Assembly (NCBI GenBank): GCA_028023455.1
Contig: JAQFVV010000009.1
Location: 5,394,001 to 5,458,000, forward strand
Reading direction: 5' to 3'
From: Epiperipatus broadwayi
Lineage: Eukaryota; Animalia; Onychophora
Length of the DNA: 64,000 nt
Shown: positions 51,147 through 64,000 of the stretch, in pieces
How the letters are laid out: every line of letters starts with the position of its first letter
Position numbering within the stretch: the stretch's first letter is position 1
Notes under the pieces: model-generated
Seen by the model: the letters and a program-made list of their open reading frames with translations, nothing else
Databases searched by the model: none
Told to the model about the DNA's origin: nothing
Made by a program: the position numbers and the translations under genes

Positions 51147-52259
51147 CTACAAATAAATTACATATATGAAATATATTAGAATACTAAATAAAATATTAAA
51201 TAGACAAGAATTATTTATATAACATTTATTGCCATAAAAAAATCATGGATGATAAATCAAGAAAAATAGCTATATAAAAAAAATTCCAAATATAACAAAT
51301 AAAAATATGTATAAATATTTTTGTCTTTTGATAAATATATTTGACCTTCTTTTTACAATCTTAACAAATATGTAACTATCCATGAAACTAAATGCTTTAA
51401 AAAGCTCATGTTAATTATTATTTTTTTCTGATAGAATTATAATTATTGAAGATTTTGGATCATTCAGTTGTTTCATAAGTTACCAATTTAAAATTTCTGT
51501 GGTTCTCTTTACAACTTCTTTATCAAGTGAAATCCCATTTAATTCCTCAATTTTAATCTCATATTAGATTTTCAAATTATTTTCTACAGTTATTGTATCA
51601 TACATTTCATCTTTACCTAATTTGCTTATTTTTTCCAGTTAATAGTAATAAACAATTGTCATTTACTTCTATAAAATTAATTTACTTTTATTTATGAAAT
51701 TAAAATAAAAAAATAAAAAACATCCAAAACTATGCTCCTCCTCCATAAAAACAATGCATATCCTATCTAACAAACTAATGCACTAAAAGCACACTCAGAA
51801 TCACTATCAGACAAAATTACTGATAATTAGTTAGATAAAGATAAACATGGACACCTGCAAGACTATGAGACTTTAACCTCAATAATGAAAACCGTATCAT
51901 ATTATAATTGCATTTTTATTTTTACATTCAATGCATCGACACTAAATCTGACCAAAAAAGATTAGCTTGGAACTTTTATTCTTAGTTAAGAATAGTTAGA
52001 TACACATTCACTATTTGCTATTGAATCTTTAGATGAATTGGCTAATCCTGAGCTTGTTGTATATTCTCAATATAATTCATTTTAGTAATAATTAGTGAAG
52101 TATGTTATAATGATGATATTACAAACATCAAAGACATATAATTATATATCTTAGATAGTTGAGCACTCTCTTTAAAATTTATAATTATTCAAAATAGCAG
52201 GCAACACATAAAAGTTCTAATAACAAAATACATTAATAGTAACTACATAAAAATCTTAC

Positions 52260-52429
52260 CACCACTGTTGTAAAATTTTGTTATAGGATCCTTTGTTTTA
52301 CAGCTGATATAATAAGCAGTTTGTTCTTCTTGGTGAAGAATTTTGGGTAATTGACAAAGAGTTTCTATACATGGTTGACTCAGTATTTGGGTTCTCACTA
52401 TATACAAAGGTAATTCTACATGAAAACAT
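52260..52429 (-). CDS. BRCC3: BRCC36 internal coding exon
   Basis: Acceptor attatag| and donor G|gtaaga. The 170-nt exon (phase 2 to 1) reads CFHVELPLYIVRTQILSQPCIETLCQLPKILHQEEQTAYYISCKTKDPITKFYNSG, versus human ERIEIPIHIVPHVTIGKVCLESAVELPKILCQEEQDAY...DSVTKIHNGS. Confidence 0.92.
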
Positions 52430-53793
52430 CTATAATATATATAAATCAGAAACAAATTTTAATAACATCTAAGAAAAAAAAATACTAACTATTTATCCAT
52501 ATAATGAAAATGATAAAAAGTTTTCTATTGGAGTGTATTTTTATCACTAAAGCAATTTTCTTCACTCTATTTCAGGCATCTATTGCAAGCTTGAATAATC
52601 AGTGGAAAGCAGATGTAATGCTATTATATCCCCTGACAGGCTATCATACTACATCCCCAAAAATTAGTCTGCAACCATGACTAAAATAATACTACTACCT
52701 TATAATATTCACTGATGACTCAAGTTTACAGTAAATGGCTCCGAAATAAAATAAAAAGAATTGCTCTTAGCAGTATACATTAAACAAAAGTAAAGATAAT
52801 TAAGAGATGTTTATTGGTACATTTTTTAAATTTATTTATTTACTTAAAAAAAGATTATTTTATAATATAATTTAAAAAAAGACCTACACAATTTAATTTG
52901 ATAATGGGAGTGACAGGTTTCAAGAGATAAAAATTTTGAAATCAATTCCCAGCTATAAAAATAAAAATCTTAGTTTTGTTAATTACATGGAGATATTGAT
53001 AAGTTCTTGGTGCAATTATTAAGTGTTAGAATCTGAGGTTCAAAATCTGTTGATCATGACTCTAGTTTTGATACTTTTAGTATTCAAACTTATGAATTCG
53101 TGAGCAATAAACTATTCAACTATTTTTTTTAGGTGGAGATATTATGCTTAGAGTATGACTTTGTCTCAAATATTGCTTGCTTTTTCAAGCAACTATTCAT
53201 AAAACTATATTTTATTTATTGAAAAAAAAAAAAGAAAAATGAATATGGTATATAATTGATGTAAAATAGTAAGGATATTTTCAAATATAAAACAATTAAT
53301 TTTTATAAATATCTGTAAAAATTTTGCAAAAGTAAAAATAAAAGTTTTTTTTTCCTGCTGAGCAATAATTACATATCTAAAGAGAGAAACAAGCAGAATA
53401 TCCACAAAATGCTTCATCATCATCATAATAATTTTTTAATTATAAGAATTATCTTAAAACAATTGATCATTAATAATAGAATTCTGTAAACCTGAATTGA
53501 TAGCACATAAAACTCCAAGGCAATAAATCTTTACTGAAATATACAGTGAGCTACTTATATATATATATATTAAAAAAAGAGCATTATTATTAATTACTGT
53601 AAACTGTTCATGATAGTTTTTTATAGTAATGAAATTATTAGGATTTATTATAAGTAAACAATTTCTGGATACTCTAGATAGATGGACTTTATAGATATAA
53701 ATATTGAAAATATAATGGGAATTTCCTTATATTTATTTATCCAGATATCTTCAGCTATGATAGAATTAAGTAACAAACTATTTAAAAGATGGC

Positions 53794-53971
53794 AATTGCA
53801 AAGTGAAATCCCACCATCTAATAATATTTTTGTTTGACTTATTTTTGAATTAAAAGTAAGTCAGATAAAAATATTATTACTACATGGCAGGATTTCAATT
53901 GACTTACTTTTAAATTAAGTTATGTCAGATAAAAATACTATTCTTAGATGGTGTAATTTCAGTTTGCAATT
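53794..53971. repeat. MITE-like nested palindrome in BRCC3 intron
   Basis: About 45-bp imperfect terminal inverted repeats (aattgcaaagtgaaatcccaccatcta / tagatggtgtaatttcagtttgcaatt); one approximately 40-bp module occurs once forward and twice inverted. Confidence 0.6.
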
Positions 53972-56801
53972 TGAATAGATTGTTTGATTAATTACATCAC
54001 AGCTAAAATTTATCTAGGTAAACTACATGGGAATTACCATTGTACTTTTAATATTTACATACACACACATAATGCTAAAATTAAAAACATCTTTAATGAT
54101 ATTAATAATTACAATAGTGTAATAATACTATTATGCAAATGATCACAGCAAACAAAACTAACATGATAACTGCCATACCATCTAATGTGTTATGCTAAAA
54201 TAATATAACAGAAACAATTTGATAGTTGTGATGTTACAACTTAAATTTAAAAGCCTAAACTTCAAAATCCAATTCCTTTTCCAAATTTAAACCAACTTTT
54301 ATAAAAAAAAGTCTTTAAAACTTCTTATACCATTTTTTTTTCTTTTAATCTTATTTATTTTTAATAAATTAACATATACATTGTCAAGGAAGCATGTCTT
54401 GTATTTTTTAAAATTTATATTCTTATTTCTAATATAGAAAAAAACAATAAATTATTTATTTATGTTAATTCACTAAAAATAAAACAAGGATTTAATAAAA
54501 AAAAAAAAAAAAAGATGAAGCAAATATAGATTACTTAAATGAGGCAAATTTTATGTATAAAGTGTGAAACTTGTTGAATCACACATTTCCATTGTTTATG
54601 TTAAGCCTGTTAATATATTTACATATTATTCATCATATTAATTTCAATAAAGACATTAAAATGCATTTTACAAGTGTTTCTGTCTCATTTAATGTATTAA
54701 ATATTACATTAATTTTTAAACGTATTCTAAAATCAACATTATATTAACTTAATTATAAAGTTGCTATTGCTGTGATACTGTATGGAATGCATGTTTTAGG
54801 CTCTAGAATAGCTGATGAAATAGTGACAAAACAAATCTTCTATGAGAACTTCGTTTAGACTTGTTGATATGTTTGATATTTGTATAAGGTTTAGCATTAC
54901 AAAATAGCAAGTATATTTCTGTTATATGTAAGAATTACTTTTTGTTGGTTTATGTATTAAAATAAACTGTTAATTTATATAAAATATTATGTATTGTGAC
55001 TATCATGAATTGGATCACAACACTTGATACAAAAACTAAAACTAGAATAATATAAAATGAGGCAAGAATTTAGTTAGGAAAATAAGTAAAAATAAAGTTT
55101 TAATGTTCTGGCATCAGGGTCAACAAAAGATTTAAATTAGATAAATAAACATCTATTGGTTATAATAGTAAATCTTGGGTTACCAGTGCAGAAAAGTATT
55201 TTTCAGTATATTTCCCAATTTCAATAATGATAATTCATGTTTGTGATAGTAGTTTTCCCAGATTATATGACAGAAAGTCAATAAACATGGAATTACCTTT
55301 GCTTCTCTGGTCAGGTAGTGTTTGCAAGGAAATGGATGACATGGAAATATCTAAGATGGAATCTTGGGTTAGAGATTAATAACTATTAAACCAATGAATA
55401 TATTGACCTTATCCAGAGGTGATCAGCTTTGATATTCTCATATTTACTTACCATAATAGAGACAGAGAAATATCAATGAATTAATGAAACCAAAATGCAA
55501 CTATACCAATGAATATCATGCTAGAAAAATGAATGATATTTAAAACAACAGTGGATTTTCCAATTTCAAAAAAAGTTAATTAGTCTTCAAAAAAGCTAGC
55601 AAACAGTTTCAAGAGTCAGCATAAAGATGAAATACCTAACAATGTTTCGGCATACAACTTCTAATTAAAATAATACCAATAAAATATTTCACTTACATGT
55701 GAAAAGGCCTAAACTTAATATATATATAATTTTATTAATATAATATAGGCTTTTTTCTCTCGTTTTTACTTTGAGATTTTGGGAGGAGATATTCTCACCT
55801 TTTTAGCAAGAGAAAAATAAGATTTTGCATTAAGATAATAAATTATCTCCATTATATATATATATATTTGTATGATATATTAAATATGTCATAATATTTG
55901 TCATTTATTTCTAAATTGGTAATTGATTCTACGAATTTTTGTGAATAAAGGAAGTGTAGTAAATTAAAACTATTATTTAATTAAATAATACATATCTGAA
56001 AAATGTACATATGCAAATCATCTAAATTACACATATATAATGTGACATAAGTATATCAATTTTTTTATTTTCATTAATAATTATATTATTAAAATATTAA
56101 ACAAGCTTATTCTCAATTTATTCCCATTCTCATTTTTTCCTCAGTGGTATTCAATTAGGTAAAAATATTTTAGTATATGCAATCATCATTCTCAATATCT
56201 ACACTTTATGTTAGCCAGAACCCAGTAGCAATAAAGAGAAAATTAATAAATATAGAAAGAGTAACATAATATCTGGAAAATAGTCTTCACTCTGAAAATT
56301 GATGCACCACACAACACACTTAAAATCAGTATTAAGTACAAATAAAAAGTTACCTTTAGCAGAAATCCATTTTTTTGCTAACTATTTAGTAGATGATAAA
56401 TCTTGACAATTTCTCTGAAAGGATGTTAATATAGAATATTTCTAAACAATATAGAGCATTTGATTTGATCATCATCAGTTGCTTGTAGTTATGCATTAAT
56501 TTTCCTTAAACTTCAAAAGATAGCTATGCATTAGATGTTATTTCTTTATAAGTCATGTTTTATAATGATCAAATAATTTAACCTAGCCCAAGCATCAATA
56601 TTATAAATGGCACTGAGTGATGTATGTATGCTACTTCTCTTTACAAATGATGCCTCAACATGGTAGTTTAATAAATCACTGCAAGTGATTTACCTTTATG
56701 TATATATATTTACTTATAATAAATGCAAAAGTATAATACCTGTTATAAAAAATATTATATGTAATATACAAACAATTTAACAATAAAAAATAGTATAATT
56801 T

Positions 56802-57800
56802 AAATTCTTTAATAGCACTTTCAATTATGTAGTAATCCTCGTCAGCTGTAAATGAATTTCAAATTTTAATGTTATGTAAATTTCCATAAGCTGTGCATGG
56901 CCATATTTGCAACATTATCTTTATATTTATCTATTAAAATCGCTTCTTTAATTTTCCTCTTTTTATGATTTCTTTTTTCCATTAATATTTTTGTTTCATT
57001 AATATCAAATATAAACCTATAATTACAAGTTTTTTCATGGTCAAAGAATACTGAAGCTGTATTAAATTGCCTATTTACAGTATTTTTAATCTGATTATAT
57101 AATAATTGATGCTCCTTTAATCTTTTTTCCACAGAACATCTCGATTCACTGATACATAAAATCTGATAAATTATATTATTTCTTTGCATTTTAGGAATAA
57201 TACTCTTAGAATTATTAATTAATCTATTAACATTCGGAGGAACACAAAATAAAATATTATATTTATCTTTAAATATATTCTTAATTAATTTGGATTGAAC
57301 GTTATCTACAAATGGCATAGATATCCACTTTTTATTATCTAAGATTACATTACAAACTCTCTTCTTATGTTGGCATGTTTAGGTGTTGACTGGTTTCTAA
57401 TGGATATATATATATGTATGTATGTTTGTGTATACAAAAAAAAATTAAAAAAAATATACATATATTTCTTGTTTACTACATTAAATGCAAGTACAGTAGG
57501 AAAGATTGGTCTTAGACATGTTTCACAATATGACTGTTCAGAATTGTAATACACTTTAGAGAAGTAGTGACAAAACTAGATTTTATTGGTTACAAATATT
57601 TATCAAGGGAACTAGTCAAATATAGAGAATTAAAGTGAAAATATATACGAGTATTGATATATTTATATCAGCATATATGAAAGAGTAAATGTATTTGCAA
57701 GTCTATTTAAAATGGTTCTTTAGAATCTGCTTACAATTTGCTTTAGTAATGTATTCGGATACGATTGTTCCGTAAAATATTTATATTGCTAAGCCTTACA
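56802..57800 (-). mobile_element. Penelope-like remnant (decayed RT, linker, GIY-YIG with internal deletion)
   Basis: ORF 56872-57318 reads PFVDN...VNRLINNSK...NIIYQILC/ISESRCSVEKRLKEH...KRKIKEAILI; the CxxC-YIG segment is missing. The upstream boundary is uncertain. Confidence 0.85.
56807..56852 (-). ncRNA. Minimal type I hammerhead ribozyme, canonical C3-G8 core
   Basis: UUUACAG-CUGACGA-G-GAUUA(CUACA)UAAUU-GAA-AGUGCU-A-UUAAAG; its own helix I pairs poorly. Confidence 0.72.
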
Positions 57801-58840
57801 TATGTAATCAGCAGTAAAAAATATTTACATGCCATTAAAATTCTCATCATTTATATTAAACAGTTGTATTAAAAAGAACATAATTTAGTAGATATAAAAA
57901 AAGATTTATATGTATATATGTATGAAGTAAATAGAAATTATACGTATATATATATAAGGGATTTAATGCAATGCTGCCAATTATAAAAATAAAAAAGTCT
58001 GCTAAAAAGTTCACAAAAAGGAACTGTTATACTAATATCCTTTAAAATAATATACATGGAAGATAATGGAAGTGGTACTGTAAATTTATTTAAATCTTTA
58101 TAAAGATTTCTGTAGAAATAGAACTTCAAGATCTATTTAATCTATTATAAATGATGATCGACTGTAAGGGATACAGCTTCCTTTGAAATAAAAATTTAAA
58201 GAAGTGATTAGCAAGCTGATATATTTAATGTCAATAACAATTTGACAATTCCTATAGTACATAAATATCATAAACATAACCACTATCTTATCTTAACTTT
58301 GTCTCCAATAAATAATGCTGATGAAATAAAGTTTATTGGCAGATATGAGAGTTTTCTTAATAATGCTAAAGTAAAAATATAATGTTTGTGCAAAAATGTA
58401 TCTTCATGAGATTCACATGTATCAAATGACCAAGAGAATTGTGACAATTGGAAAAATTCTGTATTTAAAATTTATCACAGCTGAGGCCCTGCATGGTTTG
58501 GTGTATTTAATAGAGTATCCAACTTGGGATCAGGAAGTCCCATGATTGATTCCTGCCTTGAGAGTTCTGGTGCTCAAAATCTTATAAATTCCAGAGCAAT
58601 AAAGCCATATATCTTTATGTATATATATTTCATCAAAATATGCTATGTTTAATCCAAATTCTTGACAATGATACAATTGTAGCTGCATGCAACAAGAGAC
58701 AAAAACCATATTCATTAAAAAGAAAGAAAAACCAGAATATCCTAAATTAAATCCATTTTACTTCAATAATTATATATGTATGTAATTATATAATTGAATA
58801 TTTGTAAATACAGTAATTAAATAATTAAAAATTGTATCCA

Positions 58841-58885
58841 CTTAGGAGTGCTTTCGATTATCCTAATAATCTTTGTCAACTAAAA
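58841..58885 (-). ncRNA. Minimal type I hammerhead ribozyme, U3-A8 core variant
   Basis: UUUUAG-UUGACAA-A-GAUUA(UUAGGA)UAAUC-GAA-AGCACU-C-CUAAG: helix I 5 bp, helix II 5 bp, CUC triplet. Confidence 0.72.
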
Positions 58886-59970
58886 CTTTGAAAGGTAACC
58901 TTCCCACAATTCCGTGATCTTAATGTTTGCTGCCTGCCTGTTAATTAAGTCATGTTTATATTTGTATATTAGCATAACTTTCTTTATTTTTTTTTTATTG
59001 TTATTTTTTTCATTTGCAATATTTTTACATTATTAAAATTGAAGTCAAAACCATAAATGCATAACTTATTATGGTCGTAAAAAACAAATGCTGAAATACT
59101 ATTATCTACTATATAATTTTGTTTCAACTTCTGAACCCGTTTTAATAATAGCAAGTGCTCGTTAGTTCTTTTTTCCAACGTACATCTCGATTCACCTATA
59201 TATCCACTGCCACACCCACATATCCATTTATAAATGACACAATTTTTATTATAAATGAGGTTTTATCTTTGGAGTTATTTATTAATTTGTTTAATGTAGG
59301 AGATATGTAAAATGCAATATCATATATACCTTTATAAATTTTCCTTATGAAATTTACTTGATCATTTGAAATATATGGTATTGATATCCATATTTTTTTA
59401 TTAGCAGGAGAGTCAATATTATTATTGAAATTTTTATTCTTGTATTTTGTATTAAAATCTCTAATAACATTATATATATAATTATAATTGTAGCCAACAT
59501 TTAACAATTCATTCGAATATATTTCAATATTTTTGCCTTTATCCGATGAATATTTGCAAAGACTATTATTTCTAAATAAGAAGAACTTCAAACCTGCCAT
59601 TTTCTGTGACATTGGCACTTTTGATTTATATGGAATATAATCTCTTTTTACTATTGGTTTAATGGTCATACAGTAATCCAGCATACATTGATTTCTAGTT
59701 ATTTTAAGATCAAAAAACTGAACACACATTAAATTTTCATCTGCTTTTATCCATTTACGGCTTTTTAAACCATGTAATTCTTTAAACAACTCATTAATTG
59801 TATTTGGTTTGCCACATACAAAAACATCATCAACATAAGAATAATATACAGTAATGTTTTTTTGATAATATTCCTTTTTCCTAGTTAGTTATTCAGAGAG
59901 CATCCATAAATGTAACTGAACTTAACCTATCATTGCTAAGAAGTATTGCTCTACACAACATATTATACTT
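58841..59970 (-). mobile_element. Penelope-like remnant (RT C-terminal half, linker, GIY-YIG)
   Basis: YYSYVDDVF (YVDD at 59826-59837), QFFDLKITR, WISIPYIS, LNKLINNSKDK, ESRCTLEKRTNEH; frameshifted. Confidence 0.9.
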
Positions 59971-61489
59971 ATGGAGGAAGTGCACTTATAGCCACTGTAA
60001 GTAACCAGACCTGAGTTCTCAGCTGAAAAAGTTTAAAACCATAATTTCTCTCAAGAAAATTGGTAGAAGTCTACTGGAATAGACTCTGTATTGCGAAAAT
60101 GATGAAAATCAAAAAACACCAGAAAAAAGTTGAGCTCAACAAACTAAAAGATCTTCAATTGAAGATTTAACAGAAGACTTTCAGGAAATTTAATACAGAT
60201 AACCACTTAACATGTAGTAAGAATTATAATTAGTTGCTTGTGTGTGTTTTATATTTTATATATCAAAATTCAAGTATATATTTGTAATAGTTTTAATATT
60301 TTATTTGTATTATTAATAGTGGTAATAAGTTAATCAAACAGAATCCCTGCTATATTTGCATTAAGTATAATAACTTACAAACTTTATTATTGTATAATAA
60401 ATATTTGTTTTATTTGTTAATTCGGCCTCCGTTCTCTTTTCCCTTAATTTCTTGCCATTTAAATTTAAAGAACTATTTATTGTAAGGTGAATATATTTTT
60501 CGAAAAATATGTTATTTATTTTAAAAATATCAAATTTTGATAGCTAATGAGACAGGATTCCTTTTACTCAACTAAGTTAGTTGTGGCATAGCTTTAGTAA
60601 TGTTGAAGGATGTTCAATCTTCTCCCTTGGATTATCCAGGTGTTCGGGATGGCACCAAACTTAATATAAATTTTATATTTATGGAGAATTTCCCTTTAGT
60701 TAATTAAGAGTAGGTTTAATGGTTTTGAAATGTAGCTGTGGTCTATTAGATTTGTATAATTAATATCTGATCTGACCATTAGTATAGTTTATAAGTTAAA
60801 ATAAATTATATTTCCCCTCTTCTCTATGAAACCATTATATATTAGTCTCCCAATATGAGAGTACTAGATTAAAGATTATATTTTCCCTCTTACTATTAAC
60901 ATTGATCAGGCAAACCGTTACAATATAAAGAGAAGTTGCTTAATAAATTAGTGTCCTTGTATGCTGATTATTATTTTGTGGCATTTTCATAATAAATATA
61001 AATATTTAAATGTAAAAGTTTAACAGCTGATAAGAAATCTTAAAAATAACTGGTGGATTAAAATTGTAACCAAGATAAAGGCATGATGCCCGTTAAATCT
61101 TTTTTTGATGTAATAAAGCAATAAATTGAGTTTTCAAACCATATCACTCTTATTAAATCCATCAATGGCACTAATCTTATGTGATGACCAAGATATTTTG
61201 AATAATAGAAGGAATATTTTAATTATTTTTTTGAATAAATGATACTACAACTGAGATGGTAATTTTTATTAATAGATCCATTTTATCTACTCATTTAGAT
61301 TTCGATAAAGATATCCAGTTTAAGAAGTTAAAGTAGGCTACAAAATCTAATGAGATTCTTGGAGAATTTTAAATATGGCTGATATATATTAGTATCAAAA
61401 ATATTAACATTTTTTATAAATATATGAATTCATAGAATTGTGTCACCTCATCTTAAGAATTCTTTTATTAATCCAATTTTTAAAAATAA

Positions 61490-62780
61490 TGGGAATAGAC
61501 AAGAAAAGATTGCAGTAATTATTATTGAATATCATCATTATCCATTTCAACAAAGATACTTTCAAGAACTTTGTTAATTAGGTTGCTTCCAATCATAGAT
61601 GAATGGTTATCAGAGACTCAATGTCATTTTAAAGAATCAAGAAGCATTGTAGATATGGTTTTTGCTGTCAGCAGAAAAGTATTAGAACAAAAAAATGGAT
61701 TTATATATTACTTTTATTGATTTAGTCAAGGCATTTGACCCAACTGAACAAATTTATGACATTTTTTGAAATTACTTGATTATCCAAGAACATTTATTTG
61801 CATTATATAGCTTCTATATGATGGAATGAGATGAAGAACTATTACTGCAGGCTGAAAATCTAGCGCATTTGAAATAAATACTAGTATTTAACAAGAATGT
61901 ATACTTGTTCCAAATATTATTTTTGATTTTTATGACTCCTAACCTTTAGAACTGTTTACAGCCAGCTTAATAAATCAGGAATCAAAAGCTGCGATACAGA
62001 TTTAATGATCTAATTTTTAATATGAATCGAATAAAAATGAAAACAAGAACTTCAACTTCTTAAATTAATATGCTTATGATTGTGCTATTTTTGTCAATTT
62101 AAAAATGTATTTAATGTTTTGAAGGCAGCACATAAGGCCTTTGATTTAATAATGTTCAACAGGCAGTGATAAAAAAAAAATTCTCAGGAACTTTTAGTTT
62201 GGATGGTTATAAATTTAAGAATGTAAGCCATTTAAATATCTTGCAGGTTTTTACAAATAAAAAAATTGCTTTAGATTGTCAAAGTGCAGTATAAACTCCA
62301 ATGTGCTGCTGCTGTTTTTAACAAATTAAAATATAGGGTATTTCATCGTTAGGAAATAATTATTGCAATTAAATTAGCTGCAAAGATAGTTGTTATTTTA
62401 CCTAATTTATTGTGTGAAAGTAAGATTTAGGATACCCTATTGCACACTATAAAGATAATAGAAAAGTTTCATTTAATAATGCTCTACAAAATTTTAAAAA
62501 CACAATAGCAAGATTGTAAGAATAATCAGGATGTTCTTCAACTTGCTGGATGTAATGCTATGGTGCCTACATTGTAAAATCATAATTTTGTTAGATTGTT
62601 TATGTGAACTGAATCAACAATACAAGACTTCCTAAAAGTGTGTTGTAGTAAACTGGAGCATAATTTAAGGATAACTTCAACAACCTTCTAAAGCAGGGCA
62701 TAGTATGTACTGCTTTCATGGGAAAATATAGCAGAGGATATAATATTTGAAATCTTTCCAGAAAAAAAGCTTTCTATGGA
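61490..62780 (+). mobile_element. Heavily decayed RTE-clade LINE (RT region)
   Basis: SISTKILSRTLLIRLLPIIDEWLSETQCHFKESRSIVDMVFAV, YITFIDLVKAFD, QECILVP and AAAVFNKLKYRVF correspond to RTE RT motifs; many stops. Confidence 0.85.
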
Positions 62781-63774
62781 ACAAATTAAAAGACAGCATC
62801 ACAAAATTTATATATATATAAAAAGATCAATATGTTCTACATGTTGTCATATTTGTACTTCAAAATTGATTTGTATAATCATTACAAAACTCATCTCTAG
62901 TATAATATTTATTTTTTTGTATTATCTTTTTCTCTTGGAGTTAGAATGGCCATATTTATTTGCAAATGGCTGCTACTGCTACTGATAACTACTGAACATT
63001 ATCTTTTGAAATTAACAATCTGTGAATTTTTATTATGATACATATATAAGTTTGTTTACATTTTTATTTTATGTTCTTAAAAGTTGAATTTTGTTTTCAT
63101 TAAAATCTAATCATGTAGTATGCAGAGCAATTATTTATATATATTTGTGACTTTGTATCATTTTTCTTGTTTAAATGATTGTTTTGGATGCTAATTTTAA
63201 TCTAGGTTATGGGTATTGAACAGATTATCCTTAAATACATGGACAGAAATATAAGTTATAAATGAATGGACAATACAATGAATGACCTGGAATCAATTAA
63301 TTTATGTTAGAAAATATATTATAGACCAAATATGATTTATTGTTTATTTACAACTTTGAATAAAACTATTATACAATTAAAACTAACAACTGGGGTTGGA
63401 AAATTTATAAAATTATTGCATTATACTCAGTGTATAAAGGAATGCTAAATATTATTACTTTTGACAGTAGAATTAATATGACCAATGTAGAAAAAACAGT
63501 GAAAGTAAAGAAGAATAAATTATATTCACTCACTAAAAAAGATATTCTTCTCACAAGTTTCCTTCCAATTAAGACATTGAAGCAATATGAGAAAGCAAAG
63601 AGTTTTCTTCATAAAATAATTTTTGTAACTAAATTTTAAAAATATTATTTCATAAATTAGTAAAAAAAATTAAGCTATTTGAGTGTAAAATAAATATGAT
63701 AATTTGAAAAATAAAAATTATAGTAATAAATGATCATGATTAAAGTAGAAGAACAACATCTACAAAAGGCTTAC

Positions 63775-63830
63775 TGAGAATTTGACTTCTGCTCCACGGC
63801 TTGGAAACATATAACTTGAACTTTAGTTTG
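63775..63830 (-). CDS. BRCC3: BRCC36 (Lys63-specific deubiquitinase, JAMM/MPN+) internal coding exon
   Basis: Acceptor ttttttttag| and donor |gtaagc. The 56-nt exon reads QTKVQVICFQAVEQKSNS(Q), resembling human BRCC36 TGRVLYTCFQSIQAQKSSE as recalled. It ends in phase 2, matching the next exon. Confidence 0.85.
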
Positions 63831-64000
63831 CTAAAAAAAAAAGCAAACATAAACAATACATATTTCATGTATATATTCATTTATGTAATATATAATGTCA
63901 TTAAACAAATAAAAGTCATTGTTAAATGCTGTTACAAATAAAACTAATTAAAAGTCAAATCAAACATAAAAATAATAGAAAGGGTCAAATAGTATGTGAA

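Noticed and set aside
51430-51640. Minus-strand coding-like stretch in the last BRCC3 intron (LEKISKLGKDEMYD...) as an extra exon
   Set aside because: In-frame stops in all frames, and the flanking BRCC3 exons already join correctly; probably a TE scrap.
55200-55670. GC-richer coding-like patch (also 4620-5200 and 59990-60200)
   Set aside because: No frame gave a recognisable motif; left unassigned.

Overview
Very AT-rich eukaryotic genomic DNA, probably from an invertebrate such as an arthropod (inferred from composition and TE families). The one host gene I can support is the 3' half of BRCC3/BRCC36 (K63 deubiquitinase) on the minus strand: three phase-compatible exons at 63775-63830, 52260-52429 and 50980-51146, with the 5' exons beyond the window. 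The rest is mostly decayed TEs. There are two long-LTR Gypsy elements (about 21314-32971; 38908-48728 with CTAT TSD), two further gag remnants of the same lineage, and an internally deleted Mag-clade element (34116-37661, AGAAG TSD). Also present are two RTE LINE fragments, four Penelope-like (GIY-YIG) remnants, a 6-kb foldback-like element with 2.1/2.4-kb inverted arms, a TTAA-flanked 1.5-kb element, a retroposed tRNA-Gly copy with a TTC anticodon, and several tandem arrays and hairpins. The most interesting signal is that each Penelope-like remnant ends in a minimal type I hammerhead ribozyme motif. Together they show three different Watson-Crick pairs at core positions 3-8 (C-G, U-A and an atypical A-U seen twice). 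Two of them lie in the sense orientation of a BRCC3 intron and have mutually complementary helix III and helix I strands, so they could form a split hammerhead across about 2 kb. All identifications and identity estimates are by eye; no searches were run. Most ORFs in the supplied track are antisense or low-complexity artefacts.
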